Shown here: piece after piece, positions 1 through 14,479 of the stretch | Position numbering within the stretch: the stretch's first letter is position 1 | Layout: each line of letters starts with the position of its first letter | From: Eledone cirrhosa | Taxonomy: Eukaryota | Assembly (NCBI GenBank): GCA_964016885.1 | Contig: OZ024742.1 | Coordinates: 322,586,001-322,650,000 of the forward strand | DNA: 64,000 nucleotides | Direction of reading: 5' to 3' | Translations under genes and position numbers: made by a program | The notes under the pieces: generated by a model | Told to the model about the DNA's origin: nothing | The model's database searches: none | Seen by the model: the letters and a program-made list of their open reading frames with translations, nothing else

Positions 1-1189
1 ACTACTTTGATTTAGTCATATTGACCCCAGTCTGGTACTTATTTTATCAATATCTTTATTTGTCAAACCACTATGGGATGGAAATAAACACACACACTCA
101 TCATCATCGTCATCAAACATCCACTTCCTTTTGCAGTTTCTGCTTACCAAATTCCAATCACAAAGCAATGTCAAACTCAAGGCTATAGTAAACGACACAT
201 GCCTAAGGTGCCATGCAGCACAACTGAACTCAGAACCACATGATTCCAAAGTGAACTCCTTAACCACACTGTCATGCCTACGGCTATATAAAAGAATTAT
301 ATCTTTTGGCTGCTATGTGGTATTCTTTTGTTTTGTCTCCAAATTGCCTGAAAACACTCCTGGTTCTACAATACAAATTAGTTTGTCCCAGATATAACAG
401 CAATTGTTATAATGATGCTGATGAATCGGACATAGACATTACCCAACATAATATCATTTTACATTCATAATAATAGTGGTTCCTTATTTAGGCACAAGGT
501 CAGTAGTTTCAAGGAGAGGGAAGTCATTAAATCAGCCCAATACTTGACGAACACTTTATTTTGTTGACCCTAGAAGGATGAAAAGCAATGTGGAATTTGA
601 ACTCAGAACATAAAGAACTGAACAAATACTACAAATTATTTTGTTCAATACTGTCAATCCATCATTCAAATAAGAATCATTGGTTTTGAGGTTCTGCTAC
701 TATTAATCGTTGTGCCCCAGGCTTTAGGATGGGGCGCATTGCTACTTTTCTCGTGTCGGACTCCTACATGCTGATCTATTGAAACTGTATTGATTTACTG
801 GAATTTGCCATCGAAAGTTACCATTCTGCGACCTGGACATAAGGCTCAAATTTTTGAATAAAAACCATCTATTACATTTTTTTTCATCATACCTACCATT
901 CGGCTTTTAAATCACTCCTAAATGATTAGGATTTTTAATTTAGGCACACGGCCAGCAATTTGTAGCGAGGAGAAAGGCAATTTATTTTATTGACCCTGAG
1001 AGGCCCTCCTCAAATTGTAAAAAGTAGAACAAAACATTTGTCTGATGTTAAGGATTCTGCCAACAAACTTCTTTTATTGGCCACTTTGGGGTGAACATTA
1101 ATACAAAATGTGGTTTTATATTGCATAGAGGGAAGCTGGAAATCAACAACGGAAAATAGTAAATATAACAATAATGGAAATAATAATAA

Positions 1190-1488
1190 TGGTTTCTGAT
1201 TTAGTTGGGGAGGAGAAAGTTGATTAGATCAATCACAGTGCATTACTGGTATTTTATTTTATCGACCCCGTGAGGATGAAAGGCAAAGTTAACCTCAGTG
1301 GGATTTAAACTCAGAATGCAAAGGGCTGTAAATATATGTCGCAGAGCATGCTGTCCAATGCTCTAATTATAATAATAATAATAATTGTTTCTACTTTAGG
1401 CACAAGGCCAGCAATTACCCAGTACATTACTGGTATTTTATTTTATCGACCCCGTAAGGATGAAAGGCAAAGTTAACCTCGGCGGGAT
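1190..1488 (-). mobile_element. Two adjacent partial copies of tRNA-derived SINE family A
   Basis: Both contain attactggtattttattttatcgaccccgt(g/a)aggatgaaaggcaaagttaacctc, shared with the full copy at 49277-49460. Further decayed copies lie near 485-650, 3160-3400, 43098-43200 and 45264-45345. Confidence 0.8.
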
Positions 1489-2084
1489 AATAAATAGTAA
1501 TAATATCAATGTCAAAAATAATAATCATATTTATGTTAGTACAGAAACAACAATGTTTAATATTTTGAAATTTCCAGTAAAAAATAATTTTAAAATATGA
1601 AACAAGAATTAAAATTAGTTGAGATTTTGTAATGACCTAATTCATGCTCACAAAGACACGGTTAAAATTATAATTGTCTCAAAATCCTTGTGTCCTTGTA
1701 ATAGTAGTGGTGGTTACACCACCACTACTGCTGCTAATACTACAAGAGGAGTAGAGAGTGGTTGGGTATAGGTACCCTCCAGGCCTCTTAATACTCTTTA
1801 GAGCTGGATTAAGACAGCTGAACACTTTTATTCTAAACTGTTGATGTGTGTTTGTATACATGCGTGCATACACACTTACACTTAATATATACATGTGTTG
1901 CTGTTCGTGCATTTATTAGCTTAGTTTAGATTTGAGTGTTTCAGTTTTAACCACCTCCATCACCACCACCAGGATCATCACCTTTACTACTGCCCCATAC
2001 AATGTATATATACTATCTCATATTCTGATGACTTTGCAGTCAGAGCTTTTTCTCTTTTCAACTGAATGACACTGTTGATTGTTA

Positions 2085-2555
2085 ACCCTTGCTGTACAGA
2101 TGAATATGGGAGGTGTGTGTGGTCCCTTGCTGTACAGATGAATATGGGAGGTGTATGTTGTCCCTTGCTGTATAGACGAATATGGGAGGTGTGTGGTCCC
2201 TTGCTGTAAAGATCAGTCTGGGAGGTGTATGTTGGTCCCTTGCTGTAAAGATCAGTCTGGGAGGTGTATGTTGGTCCCTTGCTGTAGAGATCAGTCTGGG
2301 AGGTGTATGTGCTCCCTTGCTGTAGAGATCAGTCTGGGAGGTGTATGTGGTCCCTTGCAGTAGAGATCAGTCTGGGAGGTGTATGTTGGTCCCTTGCTGT
2401 AGAGATCAGTCTGGGAGGTGTATGTTGGTCCCTTGCTGTAGAGATCAGTCTGAGAGGTGTCTGTTGGTCCCTTGCTGTAGAGATCAGTCTGGGAGGTGTA
2501 TGTGGTCCCTTGCAGTAGATATCAGTATGGGAGGTGTATGTGATCCCTTGCTGTA
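2085..2555. repeat. Minisatellite, 38-39 bp unit (ggtcccttgctgtagagatcagtctgggaggtgtatgtt), about 12 copies
   Basis: Direct tandem repetition; terminal copies are more diverged (tacagatgaatatgggagg). Confidence 0.95.
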
Positions 2556-3762
2556 AGTGCAACATCCTAACCACTAAAGACAGATTCTGACAATATGCCA
2601 ACTTTTATTCAGATAAGACAGTGTACACAGAAATGGTTGTGCGGCACCATGGTCATATATTTTACCATAACTTCAGGTTAAATCTAAGCCTTACAAGAAG
2701 TGAAATTTAGTAGATGGAAACTGCAGAAGCTTGTCTGATGGACAGACTCTATTTGTTCTTACACAGTAGACTTAAACTATCATCCAGTTTAACACAAACA
2801 CATGACCTTTGGTTTCTTATGGCAGAGTTTACTGTGTTTAAAGTATTCAACCCAGGCCTGTAAGTAGCAATATGCCGATGCACTGTTTCTTCCCTTCTAC
2901 AGCAACCTGTCAATTGTGCCTTCTTCATTCTTTTCGTTAACTGTTGTTACAGCTCACACCTGCACAGGTTTAGCTGGCCTCCCATAAGGTTGCACCCCAT
3001 AGGCTTCTTTGTTTTAATGATAGGGGCCATTTATTCCTATAACATCACCATTTTTCCAGTAACAGGAGGCTTGATTTGAACTGAGATCACACTGAACTGG
3101 GACAGATGTCACATGACATTGTCTGCTACTCTAACAAATCCACCAAATCCTAGGCTGCTACTTTATCAACCCCAGAAAAGAATGAAAGGCAAAGTTAATA
3201 TTGGCAGTTTTGAATTGAAAATGCACAAAGCTAGAAAAGGATGCTGCAAGACCATGTCTGATTCTCTAACAATTCTCTCAGTCCACCATCCCAAACTTGT
3301 ACTTTATCAATCCCCTTAATAGATGAAAGGTAAAGTTGGATTTCAGTTCAGAGCATAGTAAATGAACAAATACTGCAAGGCATTTAATCCAATGATCTAT
3401 TCACTGCTGCCACTAGTTTTGTGAGACTTCCAAAATAGTCATAAAGGCTGCCCTTTCTTCTGTGACCAACACACAAAAATATATACTGATTGGGATTTTA
3501 GTCTGGCAGTGAAAATAATAGAAAAATATTGAATCATAAACAAAAAATATTTTAATAGTTTCAAATAAAAAGAAATGTGATTTTAATAAGCAATAAAATT
3601 AAATTTTAATCCCTTCATTGCCATATTATAATAAGACACTGCCTAGTATTTTCAAATCATTTTGAAAATAAAGAATTTGGAGGGATTTAGTAAAATGTCT
3701 CATTAAGCTAGTGTTTGGAGCATAACAGAACAAAGGTTCTTTATATAAAATTACGATGGAAC

Positions 3763-3806
<44 letters not shown>

Positions 3807-4618
3807 TCTATAATCCTCCACTTTCCATATTTTTAATGAAAGATGCTGGCTATGATTTCCAAATCATTTTGAAAATGATTAAAACTTCCAATGATTTAGT
3901 ATTATAACTAACTTTCTCATTATTAAGCTGGTGTTTAGAACATAAAATAACAGAGGGTCTTGCATAGAATTAGGATGAAAGGTTTTTGAATAAATATAAA
4001 TATTTAAAAATAAACAGCTTTGTATCACAAAACCAGTGGTGGTTTCAGGCAGATTAAATATTTTCAATCCTTTGTAAAAGGAAATGTAATTTTAATGAGT
4101 TTGTGAAAAGCTAAGAAAGTTTTTGTTGCTCAACATATGGTAGATTTATCTCTTTTGACATCGACTTTGACTACGTCCGATGTGGCCTGATATCATTGTA
4201 TCACCGTAGTTATTGTTGTTGCCGGGACAACACTTTAGAGAGAACTGTCCACTATTGTGTGTTGTGTTAGGTGAAGGAGTGAGCTGAAGAATTTCCTTCC
4301 TGATTCCTGTTTCCACCTCTGCTGCCACCATCACCTACACTACCACCAGCACTGTCAACACCACCATCTTTCACTATACCGATACAACCACCATTGACAT
4401 CACCACAATCAACATCAGCATCACCAAAACCACAAACACCACCAATATCACCACTATTATTAATACTATCAATGATGCAATAATTTTATGGAAAATATAT
4501 AAATTGAAGTGAATCATATAAAAATGTAATAGATATTTTCTTTCCTTCCTAAAGTAATTTTAACAAGGAAATCATTTCTTAAAAAAATCTAATTAATAAA
4601 GAAAAAATGTTGACTTAA

Positions 4619-4851
4619 CCCTTCTATTAGCAAACTACCTGAAACCAGCCCTGATTCTATGAGAATGAGCTATTTATTTTAAAGTGTTTATCTTTATCTG
4701 AAAGCCTTCCATCATAATTTTATGGAAGAACTTTTGTTAAGTTATATGAGAAAGTTATTATTATTAAATCCTTCCAAATTCTTGATTATTTTCCAAATTA
4801 TTTGAAAATCATTGGGAGGTGTCTTTCAAGAGAAATATGGTAACAAAAGGG
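4619..4851. mobile_element. Putative piggyBac-like MITE (TTAA-CCCTT...AAAAGGG-TTTAA)
   Basis: ttaa|cccttc at 4615-4624 and aaaaggg|tttaa at 4845-4856. The internal sequence recurs in both orientations near 3610-4045, 11804-11986, 13440-13676, 13900-14210, 22215-22320 and 27440-27690. Confidence 0.5.
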
Positions 4852-5056
4852 TTTAACAATGAATGTTGGCTAACTTTATTTATTTTCATTGTGATTGTGC
4901 AACAAAGGCTATCCCCTGTTCTAGCACAGAAAATGGCCTTAAATTGTTTGTTTTTTCAATTGGCATTATGGTATTAGATCATTTTCTGTATCCATTGAGT
5001 ACAAATATATTTTTATTTTCCTCTCTCCATCTCTCTCTCTCCATCTCTCTCTCTCT

Positions 5057-5098
<42 letters not shown>

Positions 5099-5617
5099 TG
5101 CTGAATAGTTCTCTTGGAAGTTAGTTTTAACCATGCTACAACCACAACACAACCAAACTAAGTAACCACGCAACCAACACTAAAATATGCATGTTGGATT
5201 TTCAATACACAAATAACCAAAACTGTAACACAGCAAGAACAACACCAATAGCTAACAGTCATAGCTAGAAGAAAAAAAATGATCTTTTTTGTTTCAATTT
5301 TGGTTTATTCCTTCCAATCTTCTTGTTGCATTCAGTGAAGTTGTCATTGTAATTGAAGACATCTGGCAGTGTTTGTCAGCCTTGTCTGTATGAAGACGGA
5401 GGAAAAACAACCCCAGATATAGATACTATGTCTTCTCTTCTTTGCCTTCAACCAAGATGTAATGTGTGTGTGTGTGTGTGTGTATGTGTGTATGTGTGTT
5501 TATCTGTGTTTGTCAGCTTGTCTGTCTGCCTTGTGAAAGGAAGAAAAACAATAGCAACAACAAGAAACACCTCCATTTGTAGATATTAACAATCTTGCAT
5601 GTCACTGCAATGGACCA

Positions 5618-5654
<37 letters not shown>

Positions 5655-6212
5655 ATTGTACCATGTGTCAGTATATTTAACTCTGTCATTATGTCTTGTG
5701 AAAGAAGAAAAAAATAACAGTAACAACAGACCAGACCATGATCTATGGTAGGTGGGGGTATCATTGTAGCATGTGTCAGTGTGTTTGTCAACCCTTGTCT
5801 GTCTGTGTGTCTTGTGAAGGAAGAGGAACAAGAAGAAACAACCTCATTTGTAGATATTAACAATATTGTCACTGCTGCTGACCAAGATGTAATATCTGTG
5901 TGTATCATACCATATGTCAGTGTGCTTGTTAGCTCTGTCTGTATGTCTGTGGAGGAGGAACAATAATAGCAACCACAACAATCTAAATCTTGTTATGCCA
6001 CCAACCAAGATATATGGTGTAATATGTTTATGTACACACATATGTAATCATATTTTTTTTCTTATATTCAGAGCTGGATTTTTTTTATTCATCGAATACA
6101 TAACATCCATCCATCTATCTGCCCATCCATTTGTTTCTGTTACCAGCTTGAGAATTCCATTTAAGTTTTTATTGTTGGTGGTATAAGATTGTTGTTGTTG
6201 TTATTGCTGCTG

Positions 6213-6244
<32 letters not shown>

Positions 6245-6368
6245 TCTATTATTACTACTACTGCTGCTGCTGCGGTTCTTCGTTTGTCATTAGTAGTAGT
6301 ATTTTTGCGGGCACCGATCTTGTCTGTCTAGTTAACAAAAATGTACATATGAATTTCCTGACAACACC

Positions 6369-6393
6369 ATGAAACAGTTTGCATATGATATAG
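6369..6393 (+). CDS. Candidate first coding exon of the ATP8A-like gene (MKQFAYDI + phase-1 G)
   Basis: acaccATG context; atg aaa cag ttt gca tat gat ata g|gtaaca donor. The phase-1 end joins ca of the 29627 exon to give GCA (Ala). No homology support. Confidence 0.3.
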
Positions 6394-7213
6394 GTAACAA
6401 AATTCCTCTGTTTTGATTTTTCCCTTTTTTATTTTATTTTATTTCTTTCTCATTTCCAAATTTTGTTCTTTTCTCATCGTCAGCAAGTATACTTCTTGTG
6501 TTGCTACCCCCTGCTGTTCCCTATCTCCTTTTTATCTTTGGGTTCTCGTCTTTTCAGCGATGAGTTAAAATCAAAGAAGAAAAAATCCGTGTCAAAATCT
6601 TGTACTTTCACTTTCACAACGAAAAACAAACGATAAAAGAGAATATGTTATGTAAGAGATTTAGTTAATTTCGGTATATAGTGATGTCAATGATGTTGAC
6701 AACGATGATCTTGATGATGATGATGTGTGTATGTTTCTGGAGGTGGGCAGGGCCATATGGAAGGAAACAAATGCCTTTTGTTCTCTTTATCGCTTGTCAA
6801 CTTTGTTTATATTTAACAGTATTGATTCTAATTTTAATTTCCTTCGCATTTGATGCTTTTTCTTTGTACGTTTGTGTGTGTGTGAATGTATTTGTATATA
6901 TATGTACGTATGTATGTATGTGTGTTTGTATGTTTGTATGTGTACGTGAATGGTGGTATGTGTAGCTGTGTTGTGGTGGTACATTTCTAAAACAGCTGAA
7001 AGCTTGCATTTTTATTTATTTATTTATTTATCATTTCCCCCGAAGCCATTTGTCTGTGAGAATCAACTAGCAATTCCTCTCACTATCATTACACCCGAAC
7101 ACTTATATAATGTTTGTATGTATGTGTAATATATATATATGTGTGTGTATTTACATGATGATATATGTACTGGTATGAGTGAAAAATGTACATGGGTGAA
7201 AATGTATAAAAGT

Positions 7214-7245
<32 letters not shown>

Positions 7246-7322
7246 GTATAGAAATATGCTTGTGAATGCATATGTATGTTGTATGTGTGGGTGTGTGTGT
7301 GTGGCTAATACACATACAAAAC

Positions 7323-7363
<41 letters not shown>

Positions 7364-7591
7364 ATGCTTCCAGCCTAATTGGTATATTTTGCAAAGAACT
7401 GTATTCTTCATTAGCAAGCTATCTTCTACATCAGCAACTCACACGACAACAGCCACCACATTGCTGCTGCTGTACTCTACTGCACTCTTGCTGCACCATG
7501 TAATATATCAGTGCTGCAGTTAATTGTACTCTACTGCACTCTATTGCTGCACCATGTGATGACACCTATTGCTGCACCATGTGATATATGG

Positions 7592-10500
7592 CACTTATTG
7601 CTGCTGTTCTCTGTACTCTACTGCTGCACCCTATGATATACAGCACTTATTGCTGCTGTTCACTGTACTCTACTGCTGCACCCTATGATATACAGCACTT
7701 ATTGCTGCTGTTCACTGTACTCTACTGCTGCACCATATGATATACAGCACTTATTGCTGCTGTTCACTGTACTCTACTGCTGCACCATATGATATACAAC
7801 ACTTATTGCTGCTGTTCACTGTACTCTACTGCTGCACCATATGATATACAACACTTATTGCTGCTGTTCACTGTACTCTACTGCTGCACCATATGATATA
7901 CAACACTTATTGCTGCTGTTCTCTGTACTCTACTGCTGCACCCTATGATATACATCACATATTGCTGCTGTTCACTGTACTCTACTGCTGCACCATATGA
8001 TATACAGCACTTATTGCTGCTGTTCACTGTACTCTACTGCTGCACCATATGATATACAACACTTATTGCTGCTGTTCACTGTACTCTACTGCTGCACCAT
8101 ATGATATACAACACTTATTGCTGCTGTTCTCTGTACTCTACTGCTGCACCCTATGATATACATCACATATTGCTGCTGTTCACTGTACTCTACTGCTGCA
8201 CCATATGATATACAGCACTTATTGCTGCTGTTCACTGTACTCTACTGCTGCACCATATGATATACAACACTTATTGCTGCTGTTCACTGTACTCTACTGC
8301 TGCACCATATGATATACAACACTTATTGCTGCTGTTCTCTGTACTCTACTGCTGCACCCTATGATATACATCACATATTGCTGCTGTTCACTGTACTCTA
8401 CTGCTGCACCATATGATATACAGCACTTATTGCTGCTGTTCACTGTACTCTACTGCTGCACCATATGATATACATCACTTATTGCTGCTGTTCACTGTAC
8501 TCTACTGCTGCACCATATGATATACAACACTTATTGCTGCTGTTCTCTGTACTCTACTGCTGCACCATATGATATACAGCACTTATTGCTGCTGTTCACT
8601 GTACTCTACTGCTGCACCATATGATATACATCACTTATTGCTGCTGTTCACTGTACTCTACTGCTGCACCCTATGATATACAGCACTTATTGTTGCTGTT
8701 CACTGTACTCTACTGCTGCACCATATGATATACAGCACTTATTGCTGCTGTTCACTGTACTCTACTGCTGCACCATATGATATACATCACTTATTGCTGC
8801 TGTTCACTGTACTCTACTGCTGCACCATATGATATACAACACTTATTGCTGCTGTTCTCTGTACTCTACTGCTGCACCATATGATATACATCACTTATTG
8901 CTGCTGTTCACTGTACTCTACTGCTGCACCATATGATATACATCACTTATTGCTGCTGTTCACTGTACTCTACTGATGCACCATATGATATACAACACTT
9001 ATTGCTGCTGTTCACTGTACTCTACTGCTGCACCCTATGATATACAACACTTATTGCTGCTGTTCACTGTACTCTACTGCTGCACCATATGATATACATC
9101 ACTTATTGCTGCTGTTCACTGTACTCTACTGCTGCACCATATGATATACATCACTTATTGCTGCTGTTCACTGTACTCTACTGCTGCACCATATGATATA
9201 CAACACTTATTGCTGCTGTTCTCTGTACTCTACTGCTGCACCATATGATATACATCACTTATTGCTGCTGTTCACTGTACTCTACTGCTGCACCATATGA
9301 TATACATCACTTATTGCTGCTGTTCACTGTACTCTACTGCTGCACCATATGATATACAACACTTATTGCTGCTGTTCACTGTACTCTACTGCTGCACCCT
9401 ATGATATACAACACTTATTGCTGCTGTTCACTGTACTCTACTGCTGCACCCTATGATATACAACACTTATTGCTGCTGTTCACTGTACTCTACTGCTGCA
9501 CCATATGATATACAGCACTTATTGTTGCTGTTCACTGTACTCTACTGCTGCACCATATGATATACAGCACTTATTGCTGCTGTTCACTGTACTCTACTGC
9601 TGCACCATATGATATACATCACTTATTGCTGCTGTTCACTGTACTCTACTGCTGCACCATATGATATACAACACTTATTGCTGCTGTTCTCTGTACTCTA
9701 CTGCTGCACCATATGATATACATCACTTATTGCTGCTGTTCACTGTACTCTACTGCTGCACCATATGATATACATCACTTATTGCTGCTGTTCACTGTAC
9801 TCTACTGCTGCACCATATGATATACAACACTTATTGCTGCTGTTCACTGTACTCTACTGCTGCACCCTATGATATACAACACTTATTGCTGCTGTTCTCT
9901 GTACTCTACTGCTGCACCATATGATATACATCACTTATTGCTGCTGTTCACTGTACTCTACTGCTGCACCATATGATATACAACACTTATTGCTGCTGTT
10001 CACTGTACTCTACTGCTGCACCATATGATATACAACACTTATTGCTGCTGTTCACTGTACTCTACTGCTGCACCCTATGATATACAACACTTATTGCTGC
10101 TGTTCACTGTACTCTACTGCTGCACCATATGATATACATCACTTATTGCTGCTGTTCACTGTACTCTACTGCTGCACCATATGATATACATCACTTATTG
10201 CTGCTGTTCACTGTACTCTACTGCTGCACCATATGATATACAACACTTATTGCTGCTGTTCACTGTACTCTACTGCTGCACCATATGATATACAACACTT
10301 ATTGCTGCTGTTCACTGTACTCTACTGCTGCACCATATGATATACATCACTTATTGCTGCTGTTCACTGTACTCTACTGCTGCACCATATGATATACAAC
10401 ACTTATTGCTGCTGTTCACTGTACTCTACTGCTGCACCCTATGATATACAACACTTATTGCTGCTGTTCACTGTACTCTACTGCTGCACCATATGATATA

Positions 10501-11127
10501 CAACACTTATTGCTGCTGTTTACTGTACTCTACTGCTGCACCCTATGATATACAACACTTATTGCTGCTGTTCTCTGTACTCTACTGCTGCACCATATGA
10601 TATACAACACTTATTGCTGCTGCACCATATGATATACATCACTTATTGCTGCTGTTCACTGTACTCTACTGCTGCACCCTATGATATACAGCACTTATTG
10701 CTGCTGTTCACTGTACTCTACTGCTGCACCATATGATATACATCACTTATTGCTGCTGTTCACTGTACTCTACTGCTGCACCATATGATATACAACACTT
10801 ATTGCTGCTGTTCACTGTACTCTACTGCTGCACCATATGATATACAACACTTATTGCTGCTGTTCACTGTACTCTACTGCTGCACCATATGATATACAGC
10901 ACTTATTGCTGCTGTTCACTGTACTCTACTGCTGCACCATATGATATACAGCACTTATTGCTGCTGTTCACTGTACTCTACTGCTGCACCATATGATATA
11001 CAGCACTTATTGCTGCTGTTCACTGTACTCTACTGCTGCACCATATGATATACAGCACTTATTGCTGCTGTTCACTGTACTCTACTGCTGCACCCTATGA
11101 TATACAACACTTATTGCTGCTGTTCAC
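7592..11127. repeat. Homogeneous minisatellite, 52-bp unit (cacttattgctgctgttcactgtactctactgctgcaccatatgatatacaN), about 68 copies, with diverged flanking copies at 7460-7590 and 11130-11420
   Basis: Period 52 measured (cacttattg at 7748 and 7800); only a few variable sites. Confidence 0.98.
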
Positions 11128-11803
11128 TAGTCCACTGCTGTTGCTCAATAGGATTTATGGCACTTATTGTGGCTGTTCAATGTTGTCTACTGCTGCTGCA
11201 CCATACGATGTACCACATACATACCTGCTGTTGACTACTCCGCTGTACTATGATATACAATGTACATTGCTGCTACTGTTTACTGTACTCTGCTGCTGCA
11301 CCATATGATGTACCACATACATAGCTGGTTTTGACTGTTATGCTGCACTATATGATGTGCAACATACATTGCTTCTGCTGTTCAGTGGTCTATGCTGCAC
11401 TCTATTGCTGCACCATATGATATTGGTGTTTATCACTTATTTCCTATCATCTGTCTTATTCTTTATAGTATGCTTACATGTAGTGATGGTGCGTGCCTTA
11501 ATGGTTTGGGATTTGAACTCAAAATCATAAAGTTATGGATATGATTCCTGGATTGGGTAGCATGCTGTGTTCTTCAGCAAGATACTTCATTTCACATTGG
11601 TTTTCATAAGACCAAGGCCAATATCATTAAAACACCCAAGAAATGTATGATATGAAACCTTATAGGAGACCACTGAACTTGCTTAAGTATGAGCTCTAAA
11701 TTTCATTTCATTTACAATGTTAACCCTATGAGAGTTTCATGTCACCCTACACCATCACAAACCTAGTCACAATTCACAGCAGAAGTAACACTTACCATAT
11801 TAA

Positions 11804-11986
11804 CCCTTTCATTATCATATATCTAATGAAAGACAGATTGAATTTTTCAAATATTTTTAGTAATATAACTAACTTTCACATTACTGCTGGTGTTTGGAGC
11901 ATAACTTAGAGGTTTTTATATGAATATGAGCATTTTAAAACAATGTTTTGTATCCTAGAATGAAAGACAGTTTTCTGTCAAAAGGA
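11804..11986. mobile_element. Putative piggyBac-like MITE copy
   Basis: ttaa|ccctttc ... aaaagga|ttaa ends; internal gctggtgtttggagcataac motif shared with other copies. Confidence 0.45.
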
Positions 11987-12974
11987 TTAAAGTCAATTTT
12001 TCTTGCTAAAGTAAGAGTTAGGCTTTGAGGAGCCATAAAAGGCTTCATATTTCTCATGGCGCCATTTTTGAAGGAAGGCTTTATAATTGGGTGCCTTTCT
12101 CAGGACCAACCCTTTTAGTCATCTGTTATGACATGCAGGGATACAGAGTACTTATTCTAAACAAGATATACAATGCAACACATATTCACATGTAGAGACC
12201 TACGCACATACATGTACATACAATTACACGCATTTCCCTGGATGGAAAAATCAGATACATGTTGATGTTGATGATGATGATGACACACATTTCTCTATTG
12301 TAGTAGTATGTGACTGTACACCATCACAAGTGCATTTAATTTGAAGCAGAAGCAAATTCTGCTTAAGCAGTTATTTCGTGAGCAATATCATCAATATATA
12401 TTTGTTTACAAGAGCTGATACTTAATCTAGACTGAGTAGTGATTATAAACAGTTCACTCTACATTCTCAATAATTTTCCTGTGTGTGTGTTAGTACATGC
12501 TGCTGTGTGTGTGGCTTAGTGGTTAAGTTGTTAAGCTCATAACTATAAGGTCATGTCTTTGATTCCAGGCAAGGCATTGTGTCTTTCAGCAACACACTTT
12601 CTTCTATGTTCCTCCTGTTTACTCAGCTGGAAAAAAAAGTAGTTGTACCTTCCCTGAGAAGGGTACAACACATATCTGTTAAATGTTTGGTCATTTCACA
12701 TTAATTTCACGAGCAAATTCTGTTGTTAAAAAACACTTGTCAGAACTGATGGAAGTTCAATGCACACATGCTCAGAATAAGGTCTGGCAGATAAGTCACA
12801 TGTGATTTTTAACACCCATTTTCTTTCTGTGAGTTATCTACAAGTATTTGTCTTAACATATGCTACTGTTTGTTTTAGATACATGGATGTCATATCTTTC
12901 CATTGCCTCAGTTTATCCAGAATATCAGTATCTATAATGACTTAAGAAATACTACTACTAATAATAATAATAAT

Positions 12975-13180
12975 GGTTTCTGATTTAAGCATGTGGTCAG
13001 AAATTTTGGTGGGGGGGAGTCGATGAAATCGACCCCAGTGGCACAAAAGATACTTTATTTTATCGAGCCCATAAGGATGAAAGGCAAAGCTAATCTTGGC
13101 AGGATTTGAACTCAGAACATAAAGGGCCGTAACTCCATGTCGCAAAGCATGGTGTCCGACGCTCTACCGATACTACCAAT
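12975..13180 (-). mobile_element. SINE family A, near full length, with (TAA)n tail side
   Basis: gagttcaaatcctgcc B-box on the minus strand and the aaggatgaaaggcaaag core; similar to 49277-49460. Confidence 0.8.
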
Positions 13181-14479
13181 AATCTATGAAACTATTCTTC
13201 TTGTCACAATGTTATACTTCAAACATCATTAACTAGGGATCAAGTTTAAAAACATAACCCAAATCTTTAACATAATGAAACAATGTTACAAAGATCTATA
13301 AGTTTAGGCATCAAATGTATTTTCATAAATCCCACTACTTATTATTGCTATTATTATTATGGTAGATTGGCAGAATCAGTAGAATATGAGACAATATGCT
13401 CTCCAAATGGATAACCTTGTGCCTAAATTCAAAACAGTATCATTACCATATTTCTAATAAAAGACTATGATTTTGAAATTATTTTGAAAATAATCAAGAT
13501 GTGGAGGAATTTAACTTTCTCATTATTAAGCTGGTGTTTGGAGCATAGCTTGATGAACATCAATACATAACATTATGCTAGAAGGTTTTGTATATAAATA
13601 TAAACGCTATAAAGCAAGCAGCTTTGTTTTGTAGAACTGGAGATGGTTTCAGACAGTTTGGAATCAAAAGGGTTAAAAGGTTATTGGGTTGGCAGAATCG
13701 GTAAGGCATTAGACAAGATGCTTTGCAGTATTTGGTTAATCTCTATATGCTCTGAATTCAAATGCTGCCATATTCAACTTTATTTAATCAACCATGAGAG
13801 GGTAAAGTACTGGGGTCAATTTAACCATTTTGATGCCAAACTGCCTGAAATCTCTCAAAGTTCTGTTTGTTATCAAGTGTTTATATTTATCTAAAAAAAG
13901 AAACTTTGATCATAATCTTCCAAACATATGTTCTAAATACTAGTGTAATAATGAAAGATTTAGCCTTGATTGTTTTCAAAATTAATTCAACATCATAGAC
14001 AGTGTATTTCATTAGAAATATGGTAATGAAAGGGTTAATGTCATAGTCTTTCATTAGAAATAAGGTAGTGAATGGGTTACTGACATAGGCAGTGGTGCAT
14101 TTGAGCACTGTACACAATAATTTCATTATTTTATTATAAAGATATGGTAGCGAAAGGGTTAAAGACAGCCAATGTATTTCATTAGAAATATGGTAGTGAA
14201 AGGGTTAATCTTTTTACATTCTGAGTTCAAATCCTGCTGAGTTTACTTTGTCTTTCACCCTCCTTGAGTTGATAAAACATAATACCTGTAAAATACTGGT
14301 GCTCCTTACCCAATATGTTTAACTATTGTTAGAAATCACAATTATTACTTCAGACTTCTCTTATTTTGATATCACCTTACAGGAGTATGTTGTCTTGTGT
14401 GGACAAGTTATTTAAATGTACATGTACATGGTTGTTGTAATGTCTACTTAAAATGTTTTTGTAGTTGGTGCTAGTTGTG

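Noticed and set aside
710-905. CpG-containing segment with ctgatc...gaaa motifs as a possible ribozyme
   Set aside because: No CUGANGA core with a pairable stem II could be built.
7592-11127. CRISPR-like regular array
   Set aside because: Head-to-tail units with no unique spacers, no cas genes, and a eukaryotic intron context.
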